DNA of 64,000 bases from the human T2T-CHM13v2.0 reference genome, Homo sapiens. The notes beneath the pieces are model-generated. The model searched no databases. It was not told the DNA's origin and saw only the letters and a list, made by a program, of their open reading frames with translations. Within the stretch, counting starts at the first letter, position 1, and every line of letters starts with the position of its first letter. The translations under genes were made by a program, and so were the position numbers. Shown piece by piece: positions 40,630 through 53,313 of this stretch. The DNA lies in NCBI RefSeq assembly GCF_009914755.1, contig NC_060927.1. The stretch is one strand, 5' to 3'.

Positions 40630-43600
40630 ATCAGCCACAGGTATTATTCGTTTGTTTCAGTAAAAGTGGTACTAAATCTGGAATTTTAATTTTGACCTGA
40701 GCTGTGTCAAGTTTTCTCAACAGAAGATGCCAGGAAAAGTCTAATTAATAAAAACCAGTAAATAAAAAGATGATGTAGATTAATTAGATCTGGAGAAGCA
40801 GTAGGAAATATTCCTCATTAGCCCATACATAATAAGAAAACTAAAAATGGAACTACAATGTCGAAAGAGAAAACAGAGAGAAATTTGTGACCCCATCTAT
40901 CTTTTAATTTTTAATTTATAACAAAAAAACATAGAGGGTGTGTATATTTTGGCAGATATAGTTGGTGGTAGTATGCAATACAAAGGATATTTTTGGGTTT
41001 GGAGATGGTAAAGATATTTTCATAAAGTGTCGGTGTGAAGAAAAAAATAAATGAAAATATAAAGTTTCTGCTTTCCCTGTGAAAGGGAAACAAGCATTCT
41101 CTAGGCCTATTTGTTGCAGACACTCTGAAATTCCAGATCTACATGACTGAAAATTTTAACATACAAGATTTCTGCTTTGATTCATTTCAAAAGGCTGAAT
41201 GACTTACTGGACCTTTAGAGAAGTAGCAAATTTGCCTTGATTTGATCATCACATTTCACTTCTTATAAATCTTGTGCATCTCATTAGACTTAACTGTGAC
41301 TAAACTTGATGAAATATATGCTATGTATATGTAACTTCAACAAAGAAAAATATTTCTGAGCTTGTTTTAAGTTAAATGAAGTAATGCAAATCATGAATGG
41401 GACATTAATGAGGTCATTAGCATTTTTGGGAAAAATGCATTATCAATTGATGTAGGAATGATTATGGTTGGATTTATCTGTAGGGTAAAAGAAGCCAGGG
41501 TAGCTATTTCAATGGAGGTTAAAGCTGGCCACAATTAAAAAGTTTAAAGGAAAAATAAGTTATTGAAATTATCTATGTTGAAGATAAATTGATGGTAGAA
41601 ATAAAATTATCTGGAGCATATCTGATTTTGTAGGGGTACAGTTCAGCTTTTTCCTCTATATTTTATTCTTATGTTAATCAGGTATAAAAAGCCAGTGTGT
41701 TAGTGCTTGCATTTTAGACTTTAGACAATATATTGGACTTAAAAATAGAGACTATTTTTAGGATTTTACTTGGTTCTTCTCTTGCAAAAACAAACTTTAA
41801 AATGATAGTATGGTTAGAAGCCTTTCTAAACCCTGTGTTTTCTGGGCTCAATTTCTAGAATTTTGAAGATAGAACTTTGAACCATCAAAGAACTGTTCTA
41901 TAAATGTTTGTAGAATGAAGGAGAGAATTACTAGATAAATGAGGCACCAAGCATGTTTAGCAAATATACTTTGCTGTTCGAGTGTATTCTGGGAAAAATA
42001 AAACTAAAGTTAATGATGTGGGATTTAAATCCTACTAGTAGGGAAATCAGGCTAATAAAATATTAAAAAAAAAAACCTTGCTGTAATCATTCCGGGCCAA
42101 AGCCCAATGAAGTCCTTTAGAGCTGTCCTATTCAAAGGGTGACCCTCAGTAGCCAGCACTGGTGTGCAGTGAGAATCAGTTTGGAAACATTTGTAGCAGT
42201 TTGGTTGAGCAATTTTATGTTTCTTGAATCTAATAATGAAACAAAAATTGGGGCTTGTATTTTATATGTCTCTATTTTAAATAATTTTTTTAGTAATTTG
42301 TACCGAATTTACAATGATATCTGTCCTGATGGATTGGAAAAATAACAACAAAACTGTTTCTTCATCACTGGTCATTTGAGAATCACTGCTTTAGAGGACT
42401 CAAGCTCTGAAAACATTAATACTATTATTCATAGTATTCACAATTAAAAAAAAACCTTAGAATTTTAAAATGCATTGTTTTGAAATGACACAAAATTATT
42501 TCCAGATGGTTTGTTATTTCTCTGCGTCTCTGGTCTTCAAGTACATTCTCTGTCCACCTATTGGCTAATCTTAACCCTGCAATGTGATTCCCCAATAGAC
42601 AGGAACAGAACAGCAAGCAGCTTACTGTTTCGGACTGACTGTGGTATCTTCTTTAGCTGCTGGGGCAGTTCAGAGTGGGCAATTCAGAAACAATCTAATC
42701 TGTGTGTTTATCTGCTCTTTCTGTAATCAAGAAAGTGCTTTCTACTTCTGTAGGGACCTGTATTCAGGATACACTGGGGTTATTTCTTGATAATGAATCC
42801 CTATTCCCCAACATGGCTAAGACAAGTGACTCTCATGTAGAAGGTAGTAGACAAGTGCAGGAAAACATAATTTAACATGCAGTTATCAGCTTTTTGTAAT
42901 TTTCAGCTTAGTGCTGAGTAGTATGGACTGGAGAGATTCTTTGGATTGCTCTGTCGGATAGGATAAATCTTTTTGCTTGCAAAATGAGCAGTGGGCTTAA
43001 ATGAACATCAGCAGTTTCAGAGCTAGTGCACCCAATTCCACACTTCTGCCTCTGTTACAGCTCCCATTGATTTTAATGATGATGTTCAAAGATTCACTCT
43101 GTCACACCTAGATGAGAACTGGCCTCATAAAATGCGCCTGAAGCTGGTGGATTTTATCTGTAGTTATGGTAAGGCAATCACCTTAGGGGGAAGTACTTGT
43201 AATTGGCTTAACTCTTGCTGTTTGTGATTAATCATCTCTTCTGAAATAAGATGATTCGGTGTAGTCTGCCCAGTAATTCTGTAATCACATGGAAGGCTTG
43301 CTGGCTAGAGAACAAAAGTGAGTTTGAGTTTTTTATTCTTGCTTTCATTTCAAAAAACAGTAAACTGTACAATTGTATTTAAGTATTCAAGGATGGTCTA
43401 ACAAACACAGCATTTTGAGCTCATTATGTAATTTGCTCATACTAACATCAGAGCTTGCTGTTGGAACATTTCCTTTGCAGTGTTGTGGGTGATTTGTGAT
43501 GGCTCCATTCTTATGGGGGGTCATGCTATTCTCCTTTGGCATTTCAGTGTTCTAACCTGTAAAATAAGATAATTGAAGTTCAAAATCTGTAAGGTCTCTT

Positions 43601-44654
43601 TTAGTTTTCAGCTTATGAAAAATTTGTTTTAACTATTATTGAGTAGCCATTAGATAATACATGATGTGCTAAATGCTATAGAGAATATACATGCATGCTT
43701 TTTTGTAGTTTAAAAGCATTTATGGATCATATCAGGATTTTTTGCAAATGCCATCCTTTGACTCCTCATGTAATCACCTGAGTTGACAGATGAGGAAAGT
43801 GGCTTCCTTGGGAATGGAGGAGCTCAGCTAGAAACCCAGGTCAAGGCTGACATCAAAGCATCTCTTCCTGTAGGTGCTGCTCCAGGCTGCATTCAGTTCT
43901 TAAGTTATGGGCAATCCCTTTTAGGTAGGTACTTCCTGGACTCTTGCTTCTTCAGTCTCCTGTCCTACCTTCCAGCTACATTCAGTCCCAAGGGGAGCTA
44001 TTGTCTCTGGTTGCCCACTCATTTCTCTGAGAAATAGTTTTTTCGTGGACCTTGCCTCTCTGTGATTACTTCCTACTGCTCACCTGCTGCACTTGGGTCC
44101 CCCAACACTAAGAATCCTAGTAGCCTAAGAGGACAATCTCCATCCAGCCTCCTGGATATTCTGCGGACACATGACAGTCAGATACATGTTTTTAAAAGTG
44201 TCCCTTAGCTGCTGATTGGATTGGAAGTGAACCAGAGGGACTCACTGGGAGACTTAGCGGAAGACCAGATGATAAAGCTGCAATAGCTCTCCTTTTGCTC
44301 TTAACCATCACCCTAGATGCATGCATTCTTATGTGTCATTCAAATAGTTATGTCAAGATAAAAATGTAGCATTTTGTGCTTATATTTTTGAGCAGTCATA
44401 GATGCCTCAGATATCCCTGATATTTTATCTGTTCTCAAATTTCACAAAATTCCTGAGGGTCTTGGATGAGGTGAGAAATGGGTTAATATACAATTGCTAA
44501 AAGTTAATGGCTAAAAATCATGCACTTTCCTATAAAACATATATAGGCAGTCCCCCTCCCCACCTTACACTGATATAAAAGGATGTGCAACATTGTTAGT
44601 AATTAAAGTAGTCAGGTGGTAAAACTTCTCACCTTCTAGACAATGCTATCATTG

Positions 44655-45050
44655 ACGATAGGTTAGATTATAATGAGGCAACAAATAATCCCTAAATTTT
44701 ACAGGCTCAGTACAATTTTTTTTTCTTGGGTTGACGTTCTCTGCAGATCTGGAAAACTCTTTGGGGCAACTGTTCTTTATGTTGAAACGTAATGAATCCT
44801 TCATCTTGTAGAAGTATCATCTGGAAGTTGTGGCTTCCTTAGATGGTGTGGCAGGGGAGAGTGGGGTAGAGTTGTGCACCATCTCTGAAATGCTTTGATC
44901 TGAAGTGACAAAGTCATATTTGCTTTTAGATATTGGTCAAAGCAGGTCACCTGGCTACAGCTAACTTCAAGAGATTGGAGAAATGTGATTCTCCCTGTAT
45001 GTAAAAGGAAAAGAGAATTGAAAAATATTGGTGAGCCGTAGTAATATTTA
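44655..45050 (-). mobile_element. old MLT1 (J/K/L-like) LTR
   Basis: CAACAAATAATCCCTAAAT, GAAGTGACA...ATTGGTCAAAGCAGGTCACCTGGC, AAATATTGGTGAGC. Confidence 0.65.
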
Positions 45051-45059
45051 CGATTATCA

Positions 45060-45600
45060 AGTATTAAGAGGGTTGGCAGAGTTGTGAGGAAATAGTCTTT
45101 GTATACTGATGGCATGTATGAATTGGTTAAATTTTATAGATGGTAATTTAAAACAATTAATAAAATATAAAATTACTTGGGTTCAACAATTTCAGCTCTA
45201 TGACTCCAGCTAAACTTTATTGAGCTCTTACTGTATACCAAGTACTTTATGAGACATTTATACACTTTGTCATTTTTAATGCTTACTTTTGGGATTCATT
45301 CTAAGAAAATAAGTGGACAAATGTGTAAAAGTCCCATGGAAACATCTTGCTTTTCTAAATAGGAAACAGTCTATCCACCAAGAAGGAGTTCATTAAATAG
45401 CATATTTATACAACGAAGTGCCATCACATGAATCTGTGTTCTTGTCCGTGATCTATTATCTAGTGAAAAATAAACAAGCTGCAAATATAATATTGTCACA
45501 TTAAAAATATATAGGAAAGGAGTTTGAAAAGATAAACAATTTTTTAAAAATGTAGTTCACTCAGTGTGATAAGATTACAGGATATTTTCCTCCTTTAAAT
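45060..45600 (+). mobile_element. highly diverged L1M 3' fragment with small MIR piece
   Basis: GTTGGCAGAGTTGTGAGGAAATAG...ATACTGATGG, GGGATTCATTCTAAGAAAATAA. Confidence 0.5.
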
Positions 45601-45948
45601 TTTGAAAAGTTTCCTAAATCTCTTGTAACTATGTGCCTCCTTTAAAATAAAAAAAAGCAAGTATTTTAAAGTACATTGTAATCATTTATTTTTTAATGCT
45701 TCATTTTGCAAAAGGCAGCATCAAAACATACACCTCTAAAAGATACATATAAGAGAAGGTTTGCTTTCAAAAAACTAAAACTCTTATAAGGAGACAAAAT
45801 TTTCACTTTTCAATTAGAGAAGAGTATAAGACAGTATAATATATTGCTCACTATATGTGGTAAAAATTATTGCTGGAGGAGGTCAGGAGAAGTGAGAATG
45901 AATGTTGCCTTGAAAATTTTATAAAGGAAAGCAAACTTAGTTTGATTC

Positions 45949-46194
45949 TTTTTTTTTCTTTTAACTTTTAGTTTAGGTTCAGGGGTACATGTGCAGGTCT
46001 GTTATATAGGTAAACTTGTGTCATGGGGGTTTGGTGTACAGATGATTTGGTCACCTGTGTTTGACTGATAGGTATTTTTTCTGATGCTCACTTTCCTCCT
46101 AGCCTCTGCTCCCAAGTAGGCCCCAGTGTCTGCTGTTTCCCTTTGTGTCCATGTGTTCTCATTATTTAGCTCCCACTTATAAGTGAGAACATGC
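45949..46194 (-). mobile_element. 5'-truncated older L1PA (PA13-16-like) 3' end
   Basis: poly-T TTAGGTTCAGGGGTACATGTGCAGGTCTGTTATATAGGTAAACT...TTTAGCTCCCACTTATAAGTGAGAACATGC. Confidence 0.92.
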
Positions 46195-48536
46195 CGCTCT
46201 TAATGGTGTCTGTAGATAATAAGGTGAGGTGAAAGAAAAATCATGCAAAAAATGCTATATTAAGGTAAGCATCAATGTGGTGTTTAAGGACAAATAAAGG
46301 CATGAGCCTTTTAGAAGTAGAGAGACATTTAGAATTAGTGTCAGCTAGTTTCTGAAGGTATAATGAGGAATCAGAGAGAGAAGGTATTCTTCCATTATCT
46401 AAAATGTGCCTGATTCAAATATCTATCATCAGAGATATTTGAAGTTAAACATTTCCTTGAAAAAGCAAACTTTAAAATTGGTTTTGGTTTGCTAAGACAA
46501 TCTATGTCAGGAAGAAATTTTTGCTCTGGAGGCCTAGCTTGACCGTGCTTCCAAAAAAATTTAGTTGATGACAATACCAGGTTTTTATTTAAGTAAGAAA
46601 AAACAATTATTGGCCTGTTCATTTATTTAAACCAGTTTTTCTTTTCTCCCCATCCAATACATGTTCCAAATAATCATATCTAGGATTATTTTCTATATAT
46701 TACAAACCTACTATATTTTTTGAAGAATAAAAGTCAATTTAGTTATTAAGATATAAATTTCTTTTTATTTCTTGGATGTGGGCAAACTTCTGGCACTCAA
46801 TTTGAAAAGATTTATGTTTCTTATTGATTGCATAGAGAAACCACTTTTTATATTAAGCAGTATTACATGGGGTACTGGATTCAACAACAGACTTTATTAT
46901 TCATTTATTTACAGACTTTTCCACTGTGAGTTGAAATCCTTTCTAGGTCCTAAGAGGAGGATTTTCTCATATTTTTTAATGTCAATTTGAAGAAGCTCAG
47001 AACTTCTTCACCGTGGAATTGAAATTCTTAATAAATTTGTACTGTAACACTTATTGAAATGCAATAGGTCAGGGGCATTTTTTTGTGGAGGATTTCTGTA
47101 AGTAGTAAGATAAATTTAAATAGTATTCTGGTTGTAAACAAATGTTCTGTAGTCTTGCTTTATGTTTAAACTAAATCTATTCTAATTAATTCAGTTTCAA
47201 CCTCAGCTGTTCTTTTACCTGCAGCAGTCATACAGTAAACATATGTATATTTCTTTAATTTTTTTCCCACTTAGGATACATGGTCAAATTGATTAGGAAC
47301 ATACATGCAAGTCCAGCACTTAATAGAAAAAGGCATGCCTCTATATATCAAGAAAGCTTCATAACTTAAATCATTGAACAGAATGATAAACAGCTTTGTT
47401 TCAATGATTTCACTTTTAGAGATATTGCTGCAATTATTCAAATATATAACTTTTCTTTTTTCTTCCCTAAAGAAAAATGAAAACAGTCCAAGCAAATGGT
47501 AAAATATTAAGTTGAATGTGCTTTTCTTATTCCAGTTTTAAATGTTCTCAAGAAAAATTAAATGATGCTGATTGTAGTTTCAAGTTCCCATTGTGCTGTA
47601 GAGCTAAATAATAAAAATGAAATATATTTTTATAACTCAGTAGTGCAACAGAGCTGCAATTGGCTCTATCACATATAAAGAAACCTTGTTTCAGCTACAT
47701 TTTGTTGGGGACGCTTTTTCTATTTATAGGCTCAACAAGAGAGTCTTCTGGGAAATGACTGCTTGGTTTGGCTATGTTTCTGTCAAAGAATTATTTTCTT
47801 TTTTTTTTTTTTTAAAGAAACCTCTGGTATAGAACATGCTGATCAATATGTAATGATATGGCTGGATCAATGACTTCTAATTTTCTTGGTTTGCCAAATG
47901 TCAACTGTATGAATGTATTGGCAGATTTTTAAAAAGTCTCTAGAAAAAATGCCCAAAACCAATATAGTTTTTTAATTTATCGTGTTCATGAGTATTACAT
48001 TTTATTTCAGATAAAGTTTATAGTTAATAGCATTTTTATTTTGTAAATGTTACACTGTCCAAATTTTTCTTTTCCAACAATAGAAGTTCTTATTATTATT
48101 TCCCAGAGTGTGGAGTTTTTCATTCACATTGTATAATATCACCCTGAATAAAAGGTAAACATTTCCAAGGTAGTTTCAAGTATCATCACTTGTGACAATG
48201 CAACATCTTTCTTTTGGGCATTAAAAAGAACCTTTTTACACTTACAGAGGTCAGTTAGATAGTATTTCTTCTATCTAACTGTATTTTTGTACCCATTTTT
48301 ACAGAATTAATTCATGCTTATTTTGGAAATTTAAACAAAATGGAAAAGTGTTAGATAAAAATTGCTTTCCTCAAAATTACCCATCATTAGCCATTTTATG
48401 TATTTCCCTTCAATCTTTCCTTTAGCAAATAGTTTTGTTTTACAAAGCCGACATACTAAAATACATTCAATTTTATATCCTTCTCTTTTTTCACTTATGT
48501 TAAGTACCTTATTGTCTTATTAAAAACTCTAAAATG

Positions 48537-48850
<314 letters not shown>

Positions 48851-49039
48851 TCATGTAGATTATTTTTCCCCACAAAAATATATAATTTGTCAAAAGCTTA
48901 GGAAAGGCTGCTGCCTCATTTTAGTATTTATCCTCTTTTCTCCTTTCTCTTTTATAGCCTTAATCTTTTCCTCTCAATCACTTCAATCTCAATCTCTCAT
49001 TTTAAACATATTTTCTAAGCATATGTCTCATTCTAATTC

Positions 49040-50015
49040 TTGCCCTTTCTCCTCCTTCTTGAAAGAGGTCAGTCTTTCACTTTTGAAACCATTCTATTTA
49101 GACTTCTGCCTCCAACAATCTGTAGCACAATGAGCTCTGGAAATTGGTGCCACTGACAGCTGGGGCACTCAATCCACTGGCCTCTTTGCAGTTTTACCTT
49201 GACCTCTCTGTGTAACCAGTTTTTGGAGGGCTACACTTTCTCTGCCCAATCCTTAGTGTGCTGGTGTCTTCTAGGACTCAGTCCTTGCTCCTCTTTTCAA
49301 TCTTTGCACTCATCCTCTCCTGTGACTCCTACCACAATTCGTGTGTCCATTACTCACAAGTACACCCTTCAGACCCAGCTCTCCATTGGCTATGATCACT
49401 TAGATGCTCCTCAGACAGTTCCAACTCTTTATGTCTGAATGCCACTATTCTTTCTTCTCTCTGCTTTGCTTCTATTGGATTCTGTCTTTCATTCTCCTCT
49501 TTCCAAAATCAAAGTTTTGCGAAACCGCTTCACTCCTTCATTCTAACTCCTTCACCTCTGTTAGCATGTCAAAAAGTCCTGAAAGACAACCTCTCTTGTA
49601 CCACCCATGGCTGCCTCCTCTCCTCTCCAGAGCTGCTACCTCAATTCAGTCCTATGATATTGTTACCTTGAGTACTGGCTCCCACTTCTCTGTTCCTCCT
49701 ATTCACTGATAGTAGTGATCTTCAATCTGTTTGCTTAACAGTATTCAAATTGTAAGACTTAGATGAAAAGTTAACCTTATAAAAACTTTCCTGACTTTCA
49801 TCTCCCCATTGTAAAGTTGAACACTCTTTCCCTTGTGACTCTCTACTGTACCATGCACATCCCTTCTCAGGGTACTTAAACTCATATATATTTACATGTA
49901 TTTTTTTTCTGCATTAGACTGCAACCCACTATAAAGCAGGAATCATGTTTAGAAAAATATGACTTATTTGTCTTTGTATTTTTTGTGCCTGGAACATAGT
50001 TGATATATAGTAAGT
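49040..50015 (+). mobile_element. L2 fragments ending at the L2 3' terminus
   Basis: pyrimidine-rich L2 ORF remnants, TAGACTGCAACCCACTATAAAGCAGG, GTGCCTGGAACATAGTTG. Confidence 0.7.
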
Positions 50016-51134
50016 CATAAATGTACAAAGGGTCAGATTGATAATACTTAATCTTTTTGTTTAGTAAAGTATTGTAAATATTTCCAATTTACAGTTTATA
50101 TCCAATGCTATAAAACTTATAATACATCTCTATTTGAATTTTACATTCTTTCTTAAAATAAGAATAATCCTCAGAAGTGAAATTACAGGGATAAATAGTA
50201 TAAACATTTTAAAGATTCCTGATACATATTGCCCAAATACATATCAGAATATTTTCTGATGTTTCTAATAGTCAACATAAATTTTTATAATTTTTTGTTT
50301 TTAAAAAAATAACATAATGAAATCACAGATTCTTTGCAGTTTTCCTATAGGAGAGTTATTTTAAGGTTGGATAATGTTCAGTTTGTATTTGTAAACTCAC
50401 ATAGCAACATGCTGAAGTTAGTAATATTAAATTACCCTTTATCTTCCAATGTCATTGAAAGTACAGAAGATAGCATTTAATATAAGCCAAATACGCAATG
50501 TGTAAAAGCTTTAGGGGTCTTTTTCTTTCTTTTCTTTTGGTCACAGTCTAATAAATTCCTAGTGGACTTTTGATTATTAAGACACAGTGCAAGGCCTGCC
50601 TTTTTAACCTTCCTTTCTGAATAGACTATTGATTCAACTAAACTGCTTTTTAAAAATTCAATATGCGCATCTGGGGAGTCTGCTACCTCTGTGCTTTACA
50701 GGAAGGTTGTGAGGATTAATACATTTATATAGCATTATGTGACTCTTGGATGAAAGGATTGGTATAAACAACAACTCTAGTATTGTTATTTAAAAGCGAA
50801 CTTTCTTTGTGGAAAGTAAAAAAGGCTTTCCACAGTAACTTTTGATTAAAAGTTATGTACTCCAGTACTTTTTTTTTCCAAAGGCAATCTCCAAGGAAGT
50901 CTTGAAAATTGTATACCTTGCCAACTGCTGACACGATGCAGCAGAAAGGATAAGTGATATAGACTCATTTCTGTCCATCTATTTTAGGCAAGTATGGCCT
51001 TGATTTAGTCTCAGCTCATCTTAACTGCCCTGGGTGTGGTGTGTTGTGCTTTGCTTATGTTTTGAAGTAATTTCTTGATGGATTTTAATTGTTTAATTAG
51101 ATCTAAATTCATGTGAATAATTTCCTAGCAGATC

Positions 51135-51180
51135 TCTCTCTTTCTCTCTCTCTCTCTCTCTGTTTCTGTCCCTCTTTTTA
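51135..51180. repeat. (TC)n polypyrimidine tract
   Basis: TCTCTCTCTTTCTCTCTCTCTCTCTCTCTGTTTCTGTCCCTCTTTTT. Confidence 0.9.
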
Positions 51181-53125
51181 CAGGAGGGATCCCGTGTGAT
51201 CATGAATGCATGGGGTTTTGGTAGCTATGGTAACCACATCATAAACCTTGATGGATGGCAGGTGTTTTAAGTACTTCAACTATTAGAACCTTATGGGCAC
51301 TCGATGTGTTCAGCCAAGAATGACATTTGCCCACAGGGATCGTAAAACAAAAAGAACCTCTACCCTTGATTTGGCAGCAAGGAGATAACAGACAATACTA
51401 ACGAGGACATAATGAAACTGGATGAGGATTACTCTGATAAATACTGCTAAAAGGGTGAAACGGCGGGGGCTAAGGCAGAGAGTATAGTTTAACTGGTGAA
51501 GCAGTGTAATCATTCTCTGCACTGTACGTGTTTCTGATAGCAAACACTGCGTTTATATATTATTGTCTAGGAGCCCTGACATCCTGCGTTGTGTGTGAGT
51601 CACAAGTCAAATTTTAATGACCAATTCTAAGTCCAGAACTTTTGAAAATTAGAATATATTTACCTGAAATATGAGAAAGAAAACATAACTGTTAAGTTTT
51701 TAGATGACTCAGGAGTGAGAAAGAGGAGATGGTAGGCAGCCAGTTAGATGACAGAATATGGATTCAAAATCACTCAGATGAATGAAAGTGCACACTTCCA
51801 TGAGTGTGGTTAACAGCAAGTAGAATGGTTTAAAAGTGATGAACCCAGTGCTCACACTAAGGGAGAAGCATTTTTAAAAGATATTTAATATGCAAAGGAG
51901 ACTAAAAGTAATCAGGGTCCTGTAACAGAAAATATTGTATTTAGGAGAATGGATCACTGAGTGCTATCTAATAAATGAAGAAATTCAGAAAGTGGTAGGT
52001 TTTGATTGAGTAACAAACACAGCACCTGAGGTAGTTTCAGAGGACTGCAATAGTCCAGGATCAAAGGAAATGTGAAAAAAAGGCAAAATTAACAACAGCC
52101 TTCAACATGTTTCTGTCACTCCTGCTCAGTTGTTCCCTAGGTTAAAAGAAACAAACTGAAATGGAGTGAAAGAGGTTTTAAAAAGTCAGAAAGGCATTTT
52201 CCAGGCAGTAAATTCTGTTAAGTATTAGGAAAGCTTTATTGGGGAAAAGTATGAAATCATCCTCCTTAAGTGACTTTAAAAACAGGATGGTAATTTTGTT
52301 GTGTTATTAAAGAGAGGTAGAGTAATGACTCAGGCTGTAATGGGCTCTGTACATCTTCAATTCTCTCTTTAAAACATAGTTTCCTTTCTGATTAAAAAAA
52401 ATAAAAATCTCAATTTTCTCTGTGATATTTGCCTATAAAATTCCACAGAATGCAAATCTAATCCACCATTTACTAACAAATTCTAGGCATCATGAGATTT
52501 CAAAGGGCCTTGTGATAAAATTCCCTCTTTGGATATCCTTAATCAACCTGAGTTGGTAATTTTTCCTTTGACTTTTCTCCTTGCAGCTTTTTCCTTACTT
52601 AATTGCATCAAATTTTCAAGCTCTGTCATAATATGAATAAGTGGAATAGTTTTTCTGACAGTTTAAAAAGCTATAAAAGAGACGAAAATTGCTCAGAGCC
52701 AATATAATATTTTATTAGGCTTAGATTTTTTTCCTCTGTTTGTTGCTACCATTTCATTTTGGTTTTAATCAGGGTTATGTTGGCTCACATAACATATGCC
52801 ACTCCAAGTACCTGAATCAAAAATGGTAATTTATCAGTAGGCAATGAGAGAAGCTCATGGAACTAAAGGGGTGCAAGTACAGCTGAGCCTCACTGAAGGA
52901 CTGAAACCAGGAGCTGGAACTGTATTGAGTACCAAGGCAATCCTCCCACATCCCCTTTTTTCCGTGTAGCTGGTGTCCAATGTAAAACCCTTTACACGAC
53001 CAAGGTACTTGATATAAGACCTTGAGCTCCAGTGTCAAATTTTTATTGAGGCATTCTGATAAAATCAGTTTGGATCCACTTTGTACCCTTGAGCTAATCA
53101 AGTCCAGGAGAGTGCTGACGTCTGG

Positions 53126-53313
53126 CAGTGGCTTCTCAAAGTGTGGCCTTTGGACGAGCAGCATCAGCAGCATCAGGGAATTTGTTAGAAATGCAAATTC
53201 TTGAGCCTTACCCCAGATCTTCTGAATAAAAATTATAGAGTTGTGGCCCAGAAATCTGAGTTTTAATAAGCTCTTCAGGTAGATCTGAGGCAGGCTAAAC
53301 TTGGGAAACTCTG
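53126..53313. mobile_element. MER5A (hAT-Charlie MITE)
   Basis: CAGTGGCTTCTCAAAGTGTGG...AGCAGCATCAGC...TTGTTAGAAATGCAAATTCT...AAACTTGGGAAACTCTG, with terminal inverted repeats. Confidence 0.92.
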
